Below are positions 51,932 through 64,000 of a DNA stretch of 64,000 bases, in pieces (within the stretch, counting starts at the first letter, position 1; the number at the start of each line of letters is the position of its first letter). Below the pieces are notes generated by a model, which was not told the DNA's origin, made no database searches, and saw only the letters and a list, made by a program, of their open reading frames with translations. This stretch comes from Owenia fusiformis (lineage: Eukaryota): positions 10,416,001 through 10,480,000 of the forward strand of contig CAIIXF020000001.1 of NCBI GenBank assembly GCA_903813345.2, read 5' to 3'. Position numbers and translations under genes: made by a program.

Positions 51932-52408
51932 GTATTTTCATTTCCAAAATGATTGTTAATGCTGGATTCATCCATTTGCCTTTCCAATTGTAAACAATTT
52001 TTGGGCAAATGGAAACCGGCTATTGTCTGAACTCGGCCTATGTTGTTCATATTCATTTCATGGTAAATTACATTATTGATCTTGGCTCTAAATCCTAAAT
52101 TTTGCAAAAAATTAAGACATTATTTTAGCCGTGTTTTTTGCAATATTACTCGCAGTGATTATATTTTACAATGAGCTTATTCATTATTGATCACATTAAA
52201 ATTTTATTTATTTTTATATGGGTTATACTTATCCACAATATATATTTATTTTGGCATACCTTTACAATTTGACCTTCTTTTACCATTTGACTTACTTTTA
52301 TCACACGACCTGTTTTTTAAAAATGAGCATAAGAAATTACCATGGGAGCCAATTAAATGGAAGTTCATATACAGCAGTTCATTAATGTTTCATCTTTTAT
52401 GTTTATAG

Positions 52409-52463
52409 ACAGTATAGCAGCTGATGGAACACTAGAAGCTACCTCTATCAAGTTTTCTCCAAG
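52409..52463 (+). CDS. AGBL5: CCP5 C-terminal tail exon 15
   Basis: tttatag|DSIAADGTLEATSIKFSP|gtaagg, phase 1-2. Confidence 0.6.
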
Positions 52464-55400
52464 GTAAGGCAAACTGGAATAAAACTGTGTCCCTATAGTG
52501 TAAGAATGATACATAATACATGCACAAAAATGTAATTGGTGATACTTTGGTTTGTACTAGTCTTGCTCCAAGATTGTGTATTCCCCATGCACTTTAGCTT
52601 CCCAACACAACACCCTGTTGGAAAGTACAAGAGGGTGGGGGGGGGGTACGCAGTCTTGAGGCAAGACTAGTTTTGAATGTATTGCACACTGGACCTGATT
52701 TTCTTGTAATACATGTAAGGCCTTGGGCTCTTGAATTAGTCTGATTTATCTTTAGAAATAGATCACGATTGAGAAGCTGTCTCACTGATCACCTTTGTTG
52801 AGAAAAAATTGATAATCTTCCTCAGATTGATAGGCTCATAAGTATTGTTTTGAAGTACCTTTAATAAGGGGCCTTTACATGTAGCTTTAATTCGAGAAAA
52901 TCTTGTACTTTCTTTCCTGAAGCCTTGCAGTTCAAAAACTTCATAAACATAAACATATTATACAAGTATATGTGTTATTTTCCCTTCTACAGTTTTATGA
53001 AGATTTACCAGCCTCATTCTACAGTACCTGCACCTTATACATTTTATATCTGATGTTTAAAGGTAGAATCAGTCTTAGATGGAATACTTATGTCATGTTA
53101 TGGGAGTTGAAAAAAAGTTGTTCCTTTAATAGCTTCTAATCTTAGACTGATTCTCCCTTTGACTAAGAGTGCCGAATACATGTACATTTATGTGATGTCA
53201 TTCAAAATGTATTGAGGATTTTATTGAGTAAATACTGTACTTAATTCTATCAGCCAAAGTCTTAATACATTTTGAGCAACCATGGGCTTTCGATATTCCA
53301 TATCTATTGAAAGCCCATGGAGCAACCAAGCATATAGTTTTTGTAGAATAAGACTACATGTATAAGATCTATCCATCTAAAAGCAAACCTCTTTGTTGAA
53401 ATGATAATAATTAATGTTTGGTATGAAGAATACTGAAACATTGCTTTACATTCTCTATGCCTTTCAAAGGATGATTACTTTATCAATGGTAAGTATACAG
53501 CTTATATTACCCCACACGCATCTTACAGCATGGAGCTCTTCAAATGCTTCTGCTTGTCTGCCATCTTGGATTTTTTTTCAAAAGGAGGCTCTAGATCACT
53601 TATATGCTTTTGACCTAATCAACATTTTGTGCTTCTGTAATGATAAATAATTATATCTGGATGATGTCATGTATTTCGAGAGATTATACTTACTTAGTTG
53701 CATTTTTAGAGATTGTCATGACTGGCATAATCCATGGCCAGGTTATGAATGTATCAATACTTACTCACTTTTTTATATCACTTTACAGCTGTCTTAACCT
53801 TTATTCTCAAAGAGTGAAAAAAACATCCAATTAATCACATTGGACAAAAACAATTTACATCAATATAGTCTACCTACAGTACCATCCTTCCACTTTCATG
53901 TATTATACTCTATGCATGCATGTGACATTTTGTGAGTAGGTAATTCTCTGCAACATAGATTTTTAGTTGGATTTTTGTTTATAAAAAATGTTTAACTTGT
54001 GTATGATTACTTTAACATGGTACATTCACTAATTTTGATACTTAATTATCCCAATGAACAAAGTTCTGATATAGGGATATACTATAGTGAAGCCTTTCTT
54101 CTATCCATCTTTCTGTCTCTCCGTCAGTCAGTCCCTCCGTCCATCCAGAAGTTAACTTGAATACTATATCTAGTTGATGGATTTTCTTGACATTTGGTGG
54201 AAAGATTGGTACGTGGTCCAGCCCACATGATCCGTTAAGCACTTTTGCTAATGAGAAACCACATATTAATTGGGTCTTAAGTTTCTTGTATGAACCCACA
54301 GGATTGAACCTAGTGATTGACTGTTCTGGTAGTCAACTTAATTTCTACAGTTTCAGTTGGAAAAACATCCGAAAAATATATTTTGTTTAAAGCTTTGGTG
54401 AGGAAGCTGCTTTGCCTGCCCCATGCCTGGCTTTGCCAATGTACTCATACAGTACATGTACAGCTATTTAGCTCATCTTATCTGGTACTAACATTGTCCT
54501 ACTTGCAATAGCTTCTGTCTTAAATACTCTATCAATCTTATATTTGAATTATTCATAAAATATAATTTGAACAAGGTAATATAGATTCTTTAAAATGCCT
54601 TCATATTCTTACTGAATAAAGTAAGGCCATATTGTATATCTAAGAATTTTCTCAAATTTAAAAGGTTTCATTTGAGGTTTATTTTTTGCAACTTGTAATA
54701 GATGATCTTATTTCAACCCTGGTGAGCAGTTAGGAACTAGAAATAGAGGTTCTTATATGAGTACCTGTGCAAGATCGTCCATTCTTGATGAGCTTAGATA
54801 ATTCTTCTTTATCGAGTCGAAGACGAGATAAAGAAACATTATCAAAGCGAGTCAAGAATGGACGATATTGCACAGGTACGAGTACAAGAAAGTTTTTCTC
54901 ATATGACTCTGTATTATGCCATATTTTCACCATTTTATCATAAAACTGAGTGAAAAATAGCTTCAAATTAATTGAACTTCATCTTTCAATTGTTATGACG
55001 TCATAACAATATTGAAGAAAATACATAGATACACGTGGCAACAAAGCTCCATTGTTATGACGTCACAACTTAGTTTTGTAGAATTAGCATGGATACGCAT
55101 AGCAACGATCTGTCCGTTGCCATGTTGTTGATGTTTATAGACCAGTGATGTCACAAGTGAATCTCATCTTGCACGTGTGACTTTTTAGGATGAAAGATGG
55201 CAATATCTTGCATGGGGTAAAGATGGCTGTATCTTTGTTAGTCATATGAGAAGCACTTCTCCAGCATGTGCATAACTTTGCTTTACATTTATAAGTGACC
55301 CACGTTATAGTAGATTTATCTGTATTATTGAAAATGGTTGTAATTTTAGCACAGCCTCTATTGCATTTAAAATCCTTTTTCAGTATCTTTAAGTAGATCT

Positions 55401-55693
55401 AAATAATTGTTACTTTTCATGCCTGAATACATGTTTATTTGAAATCTACATAAAATAATCTAATAATTGGATTTGAGAATTGTTAAGCTATCATCAAATT
55501 TTCATTTTCTTTGAAAATGTAATTTCTTGGTCCTGTAAATTTGGCGTATAAAGCCCATTTTTTAAATCATGAAAAATACAATATCTTTTCTTGTATTGGC
55601 TAGGTTATTTTTTACTAAGTAATAATTTCAAACTCCAAAGGGTAAATGATAGTTGGTACATTGAATTCAGTCTTTCTAATTTTCTCATTTCAG

Positions 55694-55775
55694 AGCTACC
55701 ACAAAAGATCCAGAATTGGAAAGCTTAACCAAAAAACACAGTGGCAAGTCTAAGAAAAACAAGAGGATGAATAAG
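55694..55775 (+). CDS. AGBL5: CCP5 C-terminal tail exon 16
   Basis: tttcag|ATTKDPELESLTKKHSGKSKKNKRMNK|gtatgc, phase 2-0. Confidence 0.62.
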
Positions 55776-56098
55776 GTATGCATGAAAAGTGGTATAAAAA
55801 TATGTATTCAATCAAATATTCCATTTCACAATAAATTTCCTTTGGAGGAAACTCCCATGGAACACATTTCACTGTTAAGTTTGTATGACTACTATCTAAT
55901 TATGTCACCAACACAAGTGGTGACATTGTTATAGTCTCCAACTTTTTTGTAGATGGCGTCTGGTGGTCAGTGGTTGGTGTTTGGTGTCTAATGTTTTTAA
56001 CAAATGGCAGGTGGTGACATTTTGCATGGTAATGCCTTGTTTTAGTTTGAGTTAGTTTCCTGTGTGTTTTAATGAATTCAACTATTTTTCTTTTTCAG

Positions 56099-56278
56099 AA
56101 AACCATTCTCAATAATTCTGGAGAAGATACTGTCATTACACAATTAGGGAGACAAGGAATTGAAGATGACAGCAATGATTCGGGACCCAGTGGCATAACA
56201 GTTAGTGACATTATTAGAAAAACTCAACCATTTAAACCAAAACAAAATACTGAAACTAACTTTTGGATTGATTTATGA
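56099..56278 (+). CDS. AGBL5: CCP5 putative last coding exon
   Basis: Strong polypyrimidine acceptor; KTILNNSG...ETNFWIDL*; total CDS 3303 nt in frame. Confidence 0.65.
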   Translation, partial: KTILNNSGEDTVITQLGRQGIEDDSNDSGPSGITVSDIIRKTQPFKPKQNTETNFWIDL

Positions 56279-56309
56279 GCTGATTTAAATGCCGGTAATC
56301 TGGCAAATT

Positions 56310-56915
56310 GTTGAGAACTGAACATTCCGAAGTGAACTTAGAATTAAAGACTTACATGTAGTATATGGTAAAGAACTGTTCGAGACTATACAAATGGTAA
56401 GGAACTATTCAGAACTAAACATGTGGTAAAGAACTGATTTGGCAAAGAACTGTTCAGAACTTAACATTTGGTAAAGAACTGTTCAGAACTGTGGAAGAGA
56501 ACCATTCAGAACTAAACATATGGTAAAGAACTGATCAGAACTAAACATTTGGTAAAGAACTGTTCAGAACTAAACATTTGGTAAAGAACTGTTCAGAACT
56601 GTGGAAACTGTTCAGAACTAAAGATGTTTTAAGAGAACTGTAGTTAAGAACTAGTATTTTGTAAAGAACTGTTTAGTACTAAACATATGGTACAGAACTC
56701 TCTAGAATTTAACAGCTAAATAAGACGTATAAAACTGTTCTGAACAAGACCTGTAGAAGGGAACTGTTCAGAACTAAACATGTGTTAAAGAACTGTTCAG
56801 AACTTACATGTGGAAGAGCATTATTAATTAAGAAAAAGTATATGATAAAGAACTTTCCAGGAGGTAACATGTTGAAAAGAACTGTCCAGAACTAAGTATT
56901 AAAGAACTATTCTTA
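56310..56915. repeat. Degenerate tandem repeat of about 29 bp in the putative AGBL5 3' UTR
   Basis: GGTAAAGAACTGTTCAGAACTAAACATTT and variants, about 20 units. Confidence 0.85.
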
Positions 56916-58367
56916 GAATGACGAATTAGAGTTCACAATTCCATGACTAGACCATTCAGTTAAACGAGTCTGCATAGGACCAGCACCATATTTTAGGCTT
57001 GTGTAAAATATTACAGTTTAGGTTCAGACTGAGCGTTTTCTGCAAGCACTATTTGCATAGGGTGATAATGTAATGGTTCCAAACCACCCATCCTGACATA
57101 CATAAGGTTTTACAGTATTCATAACATTCTGTTTAATGTTTTTCAGATTTCACTTGAAAGGTAATATTGTTAAGATAAAAATGATAATTTACCCAATTTA
57201 ACCTTTGGTGATGAAAGGGTTAATTAGTAAACTTTGCATCCACTGAACTTTAATTATCTAACACTCTCAATGTTCCAATTTTGTATTGAAACCTGGGAAA
57301 ATTGGGTGTCAAATATTTGAAGCTAGTGTAATATAAAGGCTGCTGCAGTAAAGGAAGTCACGTAACAGAAAGCATTTTTAAAGGGTGACGCATATCGTTT
57401 AGCAAATCGAACGCTCGTTTCTGGTGTTGCTCACCGTTTAGTATAAAAGGCCCGATCCCGGAATAATACTCAAGGGTTCACAGGTTCGAGGTCGTTGTGT
57501 CAACACCTCTAACTGTTATATAGCATAAGTCTATTATAGATCGTCACACATTTATAAAAGGGTGATTTTTATTTTGACAAATCAATTCCACATTTATGGG
57601 TGAAGTTTCAGGATCTTCTATTTGTGTATAATAAGGAAAAATTGGCATCTAAATTTCCCCATAACGTAATAGCACACAGCTTGGCATATGAAATATCCTA
57701 CAAATGAAACAAAGCAAGACAAACCGGTTTCTAATACAAGGATTTATATTGGCTGTTGTACATGTATTCTTTGAACGCAATCACTCTTTGGATAACGTTT
57801 TCAAAATCATTATAAACGGATTACTTTATCTCAAAGACAATTTCAATAAACTGGATTTTACAGAACTCCCCTTATTTCTTATAAATGGACTGATCCAGTT
57901 GATTCGCCTGGAGCCGCCATATTGTTTTTATACGGGATGCTAATCGGAACCCTTAAACAGTACATTAATTACAATGCTTTTTCACATCATAATTTGAGGA
58001 ACAAAATAATTGAATTATCTTGACCAATTTAGACTTCCAACATTCCATTGTGCTTCACAAGATTTTTGAATCTCCAAACTTGTGAAATCTGATATATGTA
58101 CATGTCAATCTATTTAATGGTGCGCACAATGTTTGAACTGCTCTCAAAATAGTTCCTCCCTTGTTTGTTAACTGCCTTTTATAACGAAGGCACTTTTCTA
58201 TATTTGTATATTTGCATTTGTTAAAAATGTAGAGTTGTAGAACAACCTAAGTTTACATAGGATTTCTAAAATATCAAAGAATATTTTTATTGTCAACACA
58301 CCAGGTTTCTCTATTTAAAGACCATGTGTATTCATATAAAAATAATTGTATTTACATAAGGCCTGTA

Positions 58368-58867
58368 CAGTAGAACCTTTCTAATGCTAATATCATTGGG
58401 ACTGGCTAAAAGCATTTGGATAAGAAGATGTTCAAATTTCGAGGATTTGTGTCTGTATGGATTTTGAAGAAATATAAATGCATTCTCAAAGAATATTAAT
58501 ATTTCTATTGACCACATAGTTTTATGGCTTACCAAAATCTAATTCAAATGAATTAAGTCAAGTTAGAAAGACCCATTATGATTGAGACCATATGATGTTT
58601 TTTTCTGAAGTTTGTCATACAAATCAGTGTCAAATTGAAAATATTTGAGCAATTTTGTGAGAAAAGTGTGATGTTTTGTGAAAAGTGTTCAGATAAGACA
58701 GGTTAAGTTTTCGAATATGAGTGTTCACTGTTCGAATTAGGAGGTGTTCAGAGCTCAAGGTTTTTTAACATGAAAGTCAATAGGAGGATAAACTGGGACC
58801 GGAAAAAAAGTGTTTGGATTAAAAGATGTTTGAATTAGCCAGATGTTCATATATAGAAGTTTCACTG
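58368..58867. mobile_element. pogo/Tigger-like MITE
   Basis: TA-CAGTAGAACCTTTCTA...TAGAAGTTTCACTG-TA. Confidence 0.65.
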
Positions 58868-61800
58868 TATACGGAAATACCTTTCTTATCTGAAACTTTT
58901 TTGCCATATATGTTGTCAGTCTCTATTTACATAGATGCTGTTATGTATGATATATTTGTGATCAATTTAATCATGCAGATACAAATGTGCATGCAGTGCT
59001 CTACCCAGGATTTTGTTTCTTTTGTTATTTTTTGGCAACATTTTAGAATTTTGTAATTTTGAGTGCAACATTTTAGTTTCTTATTTTCTATTGCAATATT
59101 TCATGAGGCACATTGAATTAATCGAGGAGTATTTTTAGGTCACCGCCACAAGTGGTGACATATTGTTATAGTCTACACCTTTTTTATGTACATTGTAAGG
59201 TATTTGGCAGTTGGCATCTGTAACAAATGGCAGGTAGTGACATTTTGCATGTTAATACCTTGTTTGTTTCACCGTGAGCCTTCAAGAGACTTGAAAGCCC
59301 ATGGTTTCATGAAATACATGGATATTCTACACCTCTGAGAATTCAATGTGAGAGGACACCGACTTGTACACCTTGAATTTGAACTTAACATGGAAATTGC
59401 ACATTTTCCAGTTCATAAACACAAACCCGTAGCATTACATTAACCATTGTGTCAAAAATAAAATGATGCATGTTAAAAACTTCTTATAAAATCTTTTCTA
59501 GTCTAGTCACTGTAGTGTCTAAGAAAGTGTCATATAAGTGTCTGTCTTGCACAGATGTATAGTGTCAACAATAGTCAAGGGTATCTTGATAGAGTTTATA
59601 TATTGTCAAATATTATAAATATATTTATATACTACATCAGCGGTGTCCAATTATCAAAAGTTGTGGAAAACAGAGATAATTTCATTTTGGTTTAATCCCA
59701 CCTTCCTCATTTATGAAATGTTGATTTGTCACTTGAATATTAGAAATAAAAAAACCAAGACTCTTCGCTGACGAAACGATAATTTAACTCCTCCCGCTAA
59801 GGAAACTAGAATCTAATAAGTCCATAACTGTTGAGGATTGGACACTTCCCTTACTATATTATATGTATATCATTGGAATGTTTCTCACTCCCATTGGCTA
59901 ATGAATGGTAACTAGAGTTAGAAAGATGAGCATATATTTACCCAAAGTTTTGTTTTCAAGTAGTACATTCCATATTTTATATTTCACCTGCGTTAATCAG
60001 AGTAAGAAATATTACAATAACAAATATTTTGTCAAATATTCCAGTCGACAATTGACTAATGCTGAAGCCGTTTAATCTATTATCAGTAAATACATGTTTA
60101 TCTTTCTCAAAATGGAGAAAATGAGCAATATCCACATCAATATAGAATGTTTTTGTCGTGTATAATATAGCATTGAAAGACATTACCATGTATCAATGAT
60201 ATCCTTGCGTGCATCTAGTATCAGGTTCTCCCAACCTGAATAAGTTATTTGTGTGTGGGGCGGGGGGGGGGGGGTGAGCTGCAACACAAGGACATGAAGC
60301 AAGAGCACATTCCTGCTATTGGTCTATATATTCCCCATGTATCCCTTGCAGTTACATGTAAACAGTAGATGGGGACGTTAGAACTTGAATCCAGAATATA
60401 AAATGTATTTATTGTTCAAATCTAACAAAAAATGAAAACAAAATGAATTTGAATTATAAAAGGTGTCCATAAAGTCTCTACACAGACTTTGTATCGTAAT
60501 TGTAAAGAGACTTTATGGACAACCTGTATATTGTACTTGTACAATTTTGTGTATATGTTATACAATTATATGAAAATGTAGTGTCATTTTAGTCACATAG
60601 ATATTGTATTATATAGTTTTGTATTGTGCATGTTTTCATATACAATGTATATGTAAATATACTAAATAATGTATGAAATGCTTCAAAAGGAATCCTGTAT
60701 GTAGCATAAGAGTGAAATGTGAATAATATTGTCTTTTGACATAAAATAAATCATAAAACGTTTTTATCTGTTATATGGTATTAGTAATCAAACTATTGTC
60801 ATACATTTATAAACTTAAACAATTCTTTAACAATAATCCAGATGCCAGAAGGTAGTTACCAGTTTCACCACCAGGTGGCTAATTTTGATCAGATAACATG
60901 ACAGATATATACAAAGTTCCCTTAACCTTAAACTTGAATATTCATCAGTTCTACTGGATCAATTTTTAATATTACCCTTCTGTATCTGATAGTTACTGGA
61001 CATTGTAAAACAAAAATAATATTTGTCCAATAAAAGAAATAAATAAAAGAAAATATCACTTTTTGTGATTTCATAACATGGAGTCTATGGGGAAATACCC
61101 TGACCTAGAAGTCTCATTAAAAAAAAAATCAAACTTTATAAACAACGTTGAAACCACATCTACACGAAATTTGATATCACTTTCAGTGAATTTTGAATAT
61201 TTAATGATAATCAAGATTATTTCTACTCGCATCTAGTCTATTGGGAATCATGGGATTTCTTCTTAATCTAATTATAATTACGAACTGGAATTGGGTCATA
61301 GCTACTACAACCTGTAAATATGTTACATTGATTTTAATAAAAAAATCATTCAGTGAATTCTACACTCGTCAACCTTTTTCTTTAGTTGAATAGGGTTTGC
61401 TTGATAAGTATTCTGTTTGTTTACCATTTATTCATAGCATTCATTGACAAAGTGCAAAGGGCACGATGACTTGCAAAGGGACAATTTTCAATTCTATTTT
61501 CAATTCATTTCAATATATAGATGATTCCTTGATCAGCATAATCCTGAGCCTAACAGGCATAATCATTCAATGAAATTGAACAAGTGACACCATTTCTGAT
61601 GTTTATGCTTTACATCTATAAAGTATAACATGAATATTAAGAACTAGTTATGTAAGGCCAATGAATCAGCAAACATGTCAAGATTGAGACGAAATTTGCA
61701 ATTCAAAATTGAAGTACTATTAGCATTTTAGGCAGTGAAGGTAAAGGAGTAGTATTCAAATATTTTCTCTATATTGGTATTGTTCAAACAGTCCATTGAC

Positions 61801-62279
61801 TCATGATTTCACTTATTGTCACACATTTGAAACATGTTTTTTAAATATGTACAGGGTGGGCCAAAAAGATTTTGAACATTTTTTCCATTTATTGTAACTT
61901 TTTTGTTAGTCATGTATTATCTTCAATACTTTAGGAAATTGTTGACAATTCATTTTCAACAGCTTGTGTAAATATGAATATACTAGCTTAACATTTAATT
62001 ATTCAACGCAATGTCTTCCACCCACCACCTGAACAATCAGTCTGAGCTGTATTTAACAGGCATACATGATTTTAAATGGTTTTGTGACATATTGTGCCAG
62101 TTTTGAGATAAACTGAGTTTAGGTAGTCTATATTATCCAAGGGAGACGTGTCTTGCTTCTAGAGATAACTCTATATGTTTTAATTGATGGAAAGTGTTGA
62201 GACCATTTGAAGGGTACATATTGTATGGTTTGAAAGACACTGTAATTTTCAGCAGCAATATATGTCTCAAGCAGAGAAA

Positions 62280-62545
62280 AGAATGGGTATCGATATGGCG
62301 AACTTTTTGAACACACGTTTCTCTTAAACCAGTCATCAGACATTTCTGAAAATCTCACAAATTGTCAATTTAATGGCCATCTTTTGAATGGAACAATATA
62401 ATTTGAAATAGATATACATACTTTCATCTATATTGTTTTAAAAAACACATCAAACACTTGTTTTGTTCTTGGTATCATGTTTCCAGAATGAAATGAAACA
62501 TCTTTCCGAACCTCATTGGAACAAAACGACATAAACACAACATGT
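62280..62545 (-). repeat. Dispersed repeat homologous to 1-110 plus 747-875, lacking the MITE
   Basis: Shared sequence, visible as the duplicated MTGLRETCVQKVRHIDTH translation. Confidence 0.85.
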
Positions 62546-64000
62546 TTAGGTCTCTCAATATTCTTGTTAATGAAATAAAAGGTTTTTGTTGATTTTTATT
62601 TATTTTGGGGGGATTTTGTTAAATACTTTTTTAAAACCAAAAATTCCTTTGTATAACTTTAATATTGAGAGGTCTAAAAACATGTTCTATATGCTATTTT
62701 GTTCCTACAAGGTTCGGAAAGACATTTTATTTCATTCTCAAGAATGGGTAGAGAGGAGCAAAAACAATTGCGCTAAAAAAACAAAAAATGTTAACAAAAA
62801 CAGTAATATAAAATATTTCTAAATAATTTTCGCATTAAATTGTTGTCAATCAGTCAACATTACATTAAATACCATGTTTTTTACAGAATGTTTTCAAAGA
62901 TTGGTTTAAGAGAAAAACATTGTTGAATCCAGTTCTCCATATCGATACCTATCCTTTGTACATTTTTCACGACACACGATGGTATACAGATCATCAGATA
63001 ATCAAATCTGGTAGCAAAATCATACATTTTAATATAACACTTGTTTAATTGTTCAATGAAATCCAAATCAAGGGTTGGCATACTTTGAGCCATTTTTTGT
63101 TAAGGGCAAATTATAACATATCTGCAGGGAACATATTTTTTAACGAGCTACCATTGAAAAATCACCATTCCCAATTCATTCTTTAGAGTTCATTCAAGGG
63201 TATGTCAATTCCTGACACATCCTATTCACACACTTCTAGATGATTTTTGAAAAAAATCCAAATCAAAAGAATTTTATTTGCTATTTCATTTTGTATCAAA
63301 TAGAGGAGTTCATAATGACCTTATGAAGTTACAGTTAGTCACTGAAAACTAGTAAATTCAATATCAAATATTTTTGAAGAATGTAATTAAGAAATATAAA
63401 CCAAAGAGCATGGGCGTATTCGACGATATTATCCCTGCTCTGAGGTCTATATTACGATTCGAACATGAAAACTCACCAAAATGTTTCGAACATTCCGTAT
63501 GGTCCGCCATTACTACGACCCGCCGTTATGACGTCACACATTACACGTATTACCAGGGGTATTCTTCGCGAATATACCCCGGGTGAAATGTTGACTTAGT
63601 TCACAGTTTATAGAAGGTGCGAATACAGTCATGTTCGAATACTTATTTAATCATGGCGCACAATAAAAGTCGTAATGACTGCATGAATATTCTCAATTTG
63701 TACTGACGATAGAAGTGACAGATGACAAATATTGTATTAATGGAATGAAAAATAGGCTGAAATTCCAAAATGACCAAATTGAAATAGCAATATATCCACT
63801 GTGCTCTGTAGGCTCTAACATTAAACATCTCTTTTAAATGTTAATGCCTTGCAACAAAGAACAACTAATGCTGAAAAACCTATTTGTTCTTTCTTTGAAT
63901 TGAAAATAAAAACTTTGAAAACATTCCATTTTCTATCACGGTTCCGCTGTTTTTATCATTAATGAGAATCATAAACGTTTTGAGAAATGAGAAATGAAAA

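Noticed and set aside
52993-53061. Extra AGBL5 exon with ttctacag acceptor and aag|gtagaa donor
   Set aside because: In-frame TGA in the required phase; no support without transcripts.
56310-56915. Heat-shock element array (GAA/TTC)
   Set aside because: Spacing GAActgTTCaGAA does not fit nGAAnnTTCn, and the position is 3' of the gene.
57375-57520. TATA box plus GGTTCGA, possible tRNA or other ncRNA
   Set aside because: No cloverleaf or A-box could be built; probably transposon-derived.

Overview
AT-rich, intron-rich animal genomic DNA (invertebrate, probably lophotrochozoan; the species cannot be told from sequence alone), with a 500-N assembly gap at 16098-16597. Four spliced protein-coding genes can be reconstructed. 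(1) The last two exons of an SHMT2-like serine hydroxymethyltransferase (+). (2) A complete 7-exon SLC35B1 (-, about 368 aa). (3) A TCF21/musculin-family bHLH gene (+) whose 5' end is lost in the gap. (4) A complete AGBL5/CCP5 tubulin deglutamylase (+, about 1100 aa, all exon phases consistent). The strongest unusual signal is inside CCP5: two intact, old, tandemly duplicated 170-nt exons in the catalytic domain, separated by only 49 nt, i.e. a mutually exclusive exon pair predicted to give two enzyme variants. The introns and intergenic DNA hold many mobile elements: a polyA/TSD-bounded retroposon carrying an unknown, RT-less ORF that is restored in frame when a nested Helentron-type element is removed; a young non-autonomous Gypsy-like LTR element in the TCF21 3' region; a 1-kb CAC...GTG foldback element with a 5-bp TSD; Tx1-like and CR1/L2-like LINEs; hAT, Kolobok-like and Tc1-like MITEs; and several tandem arrays.
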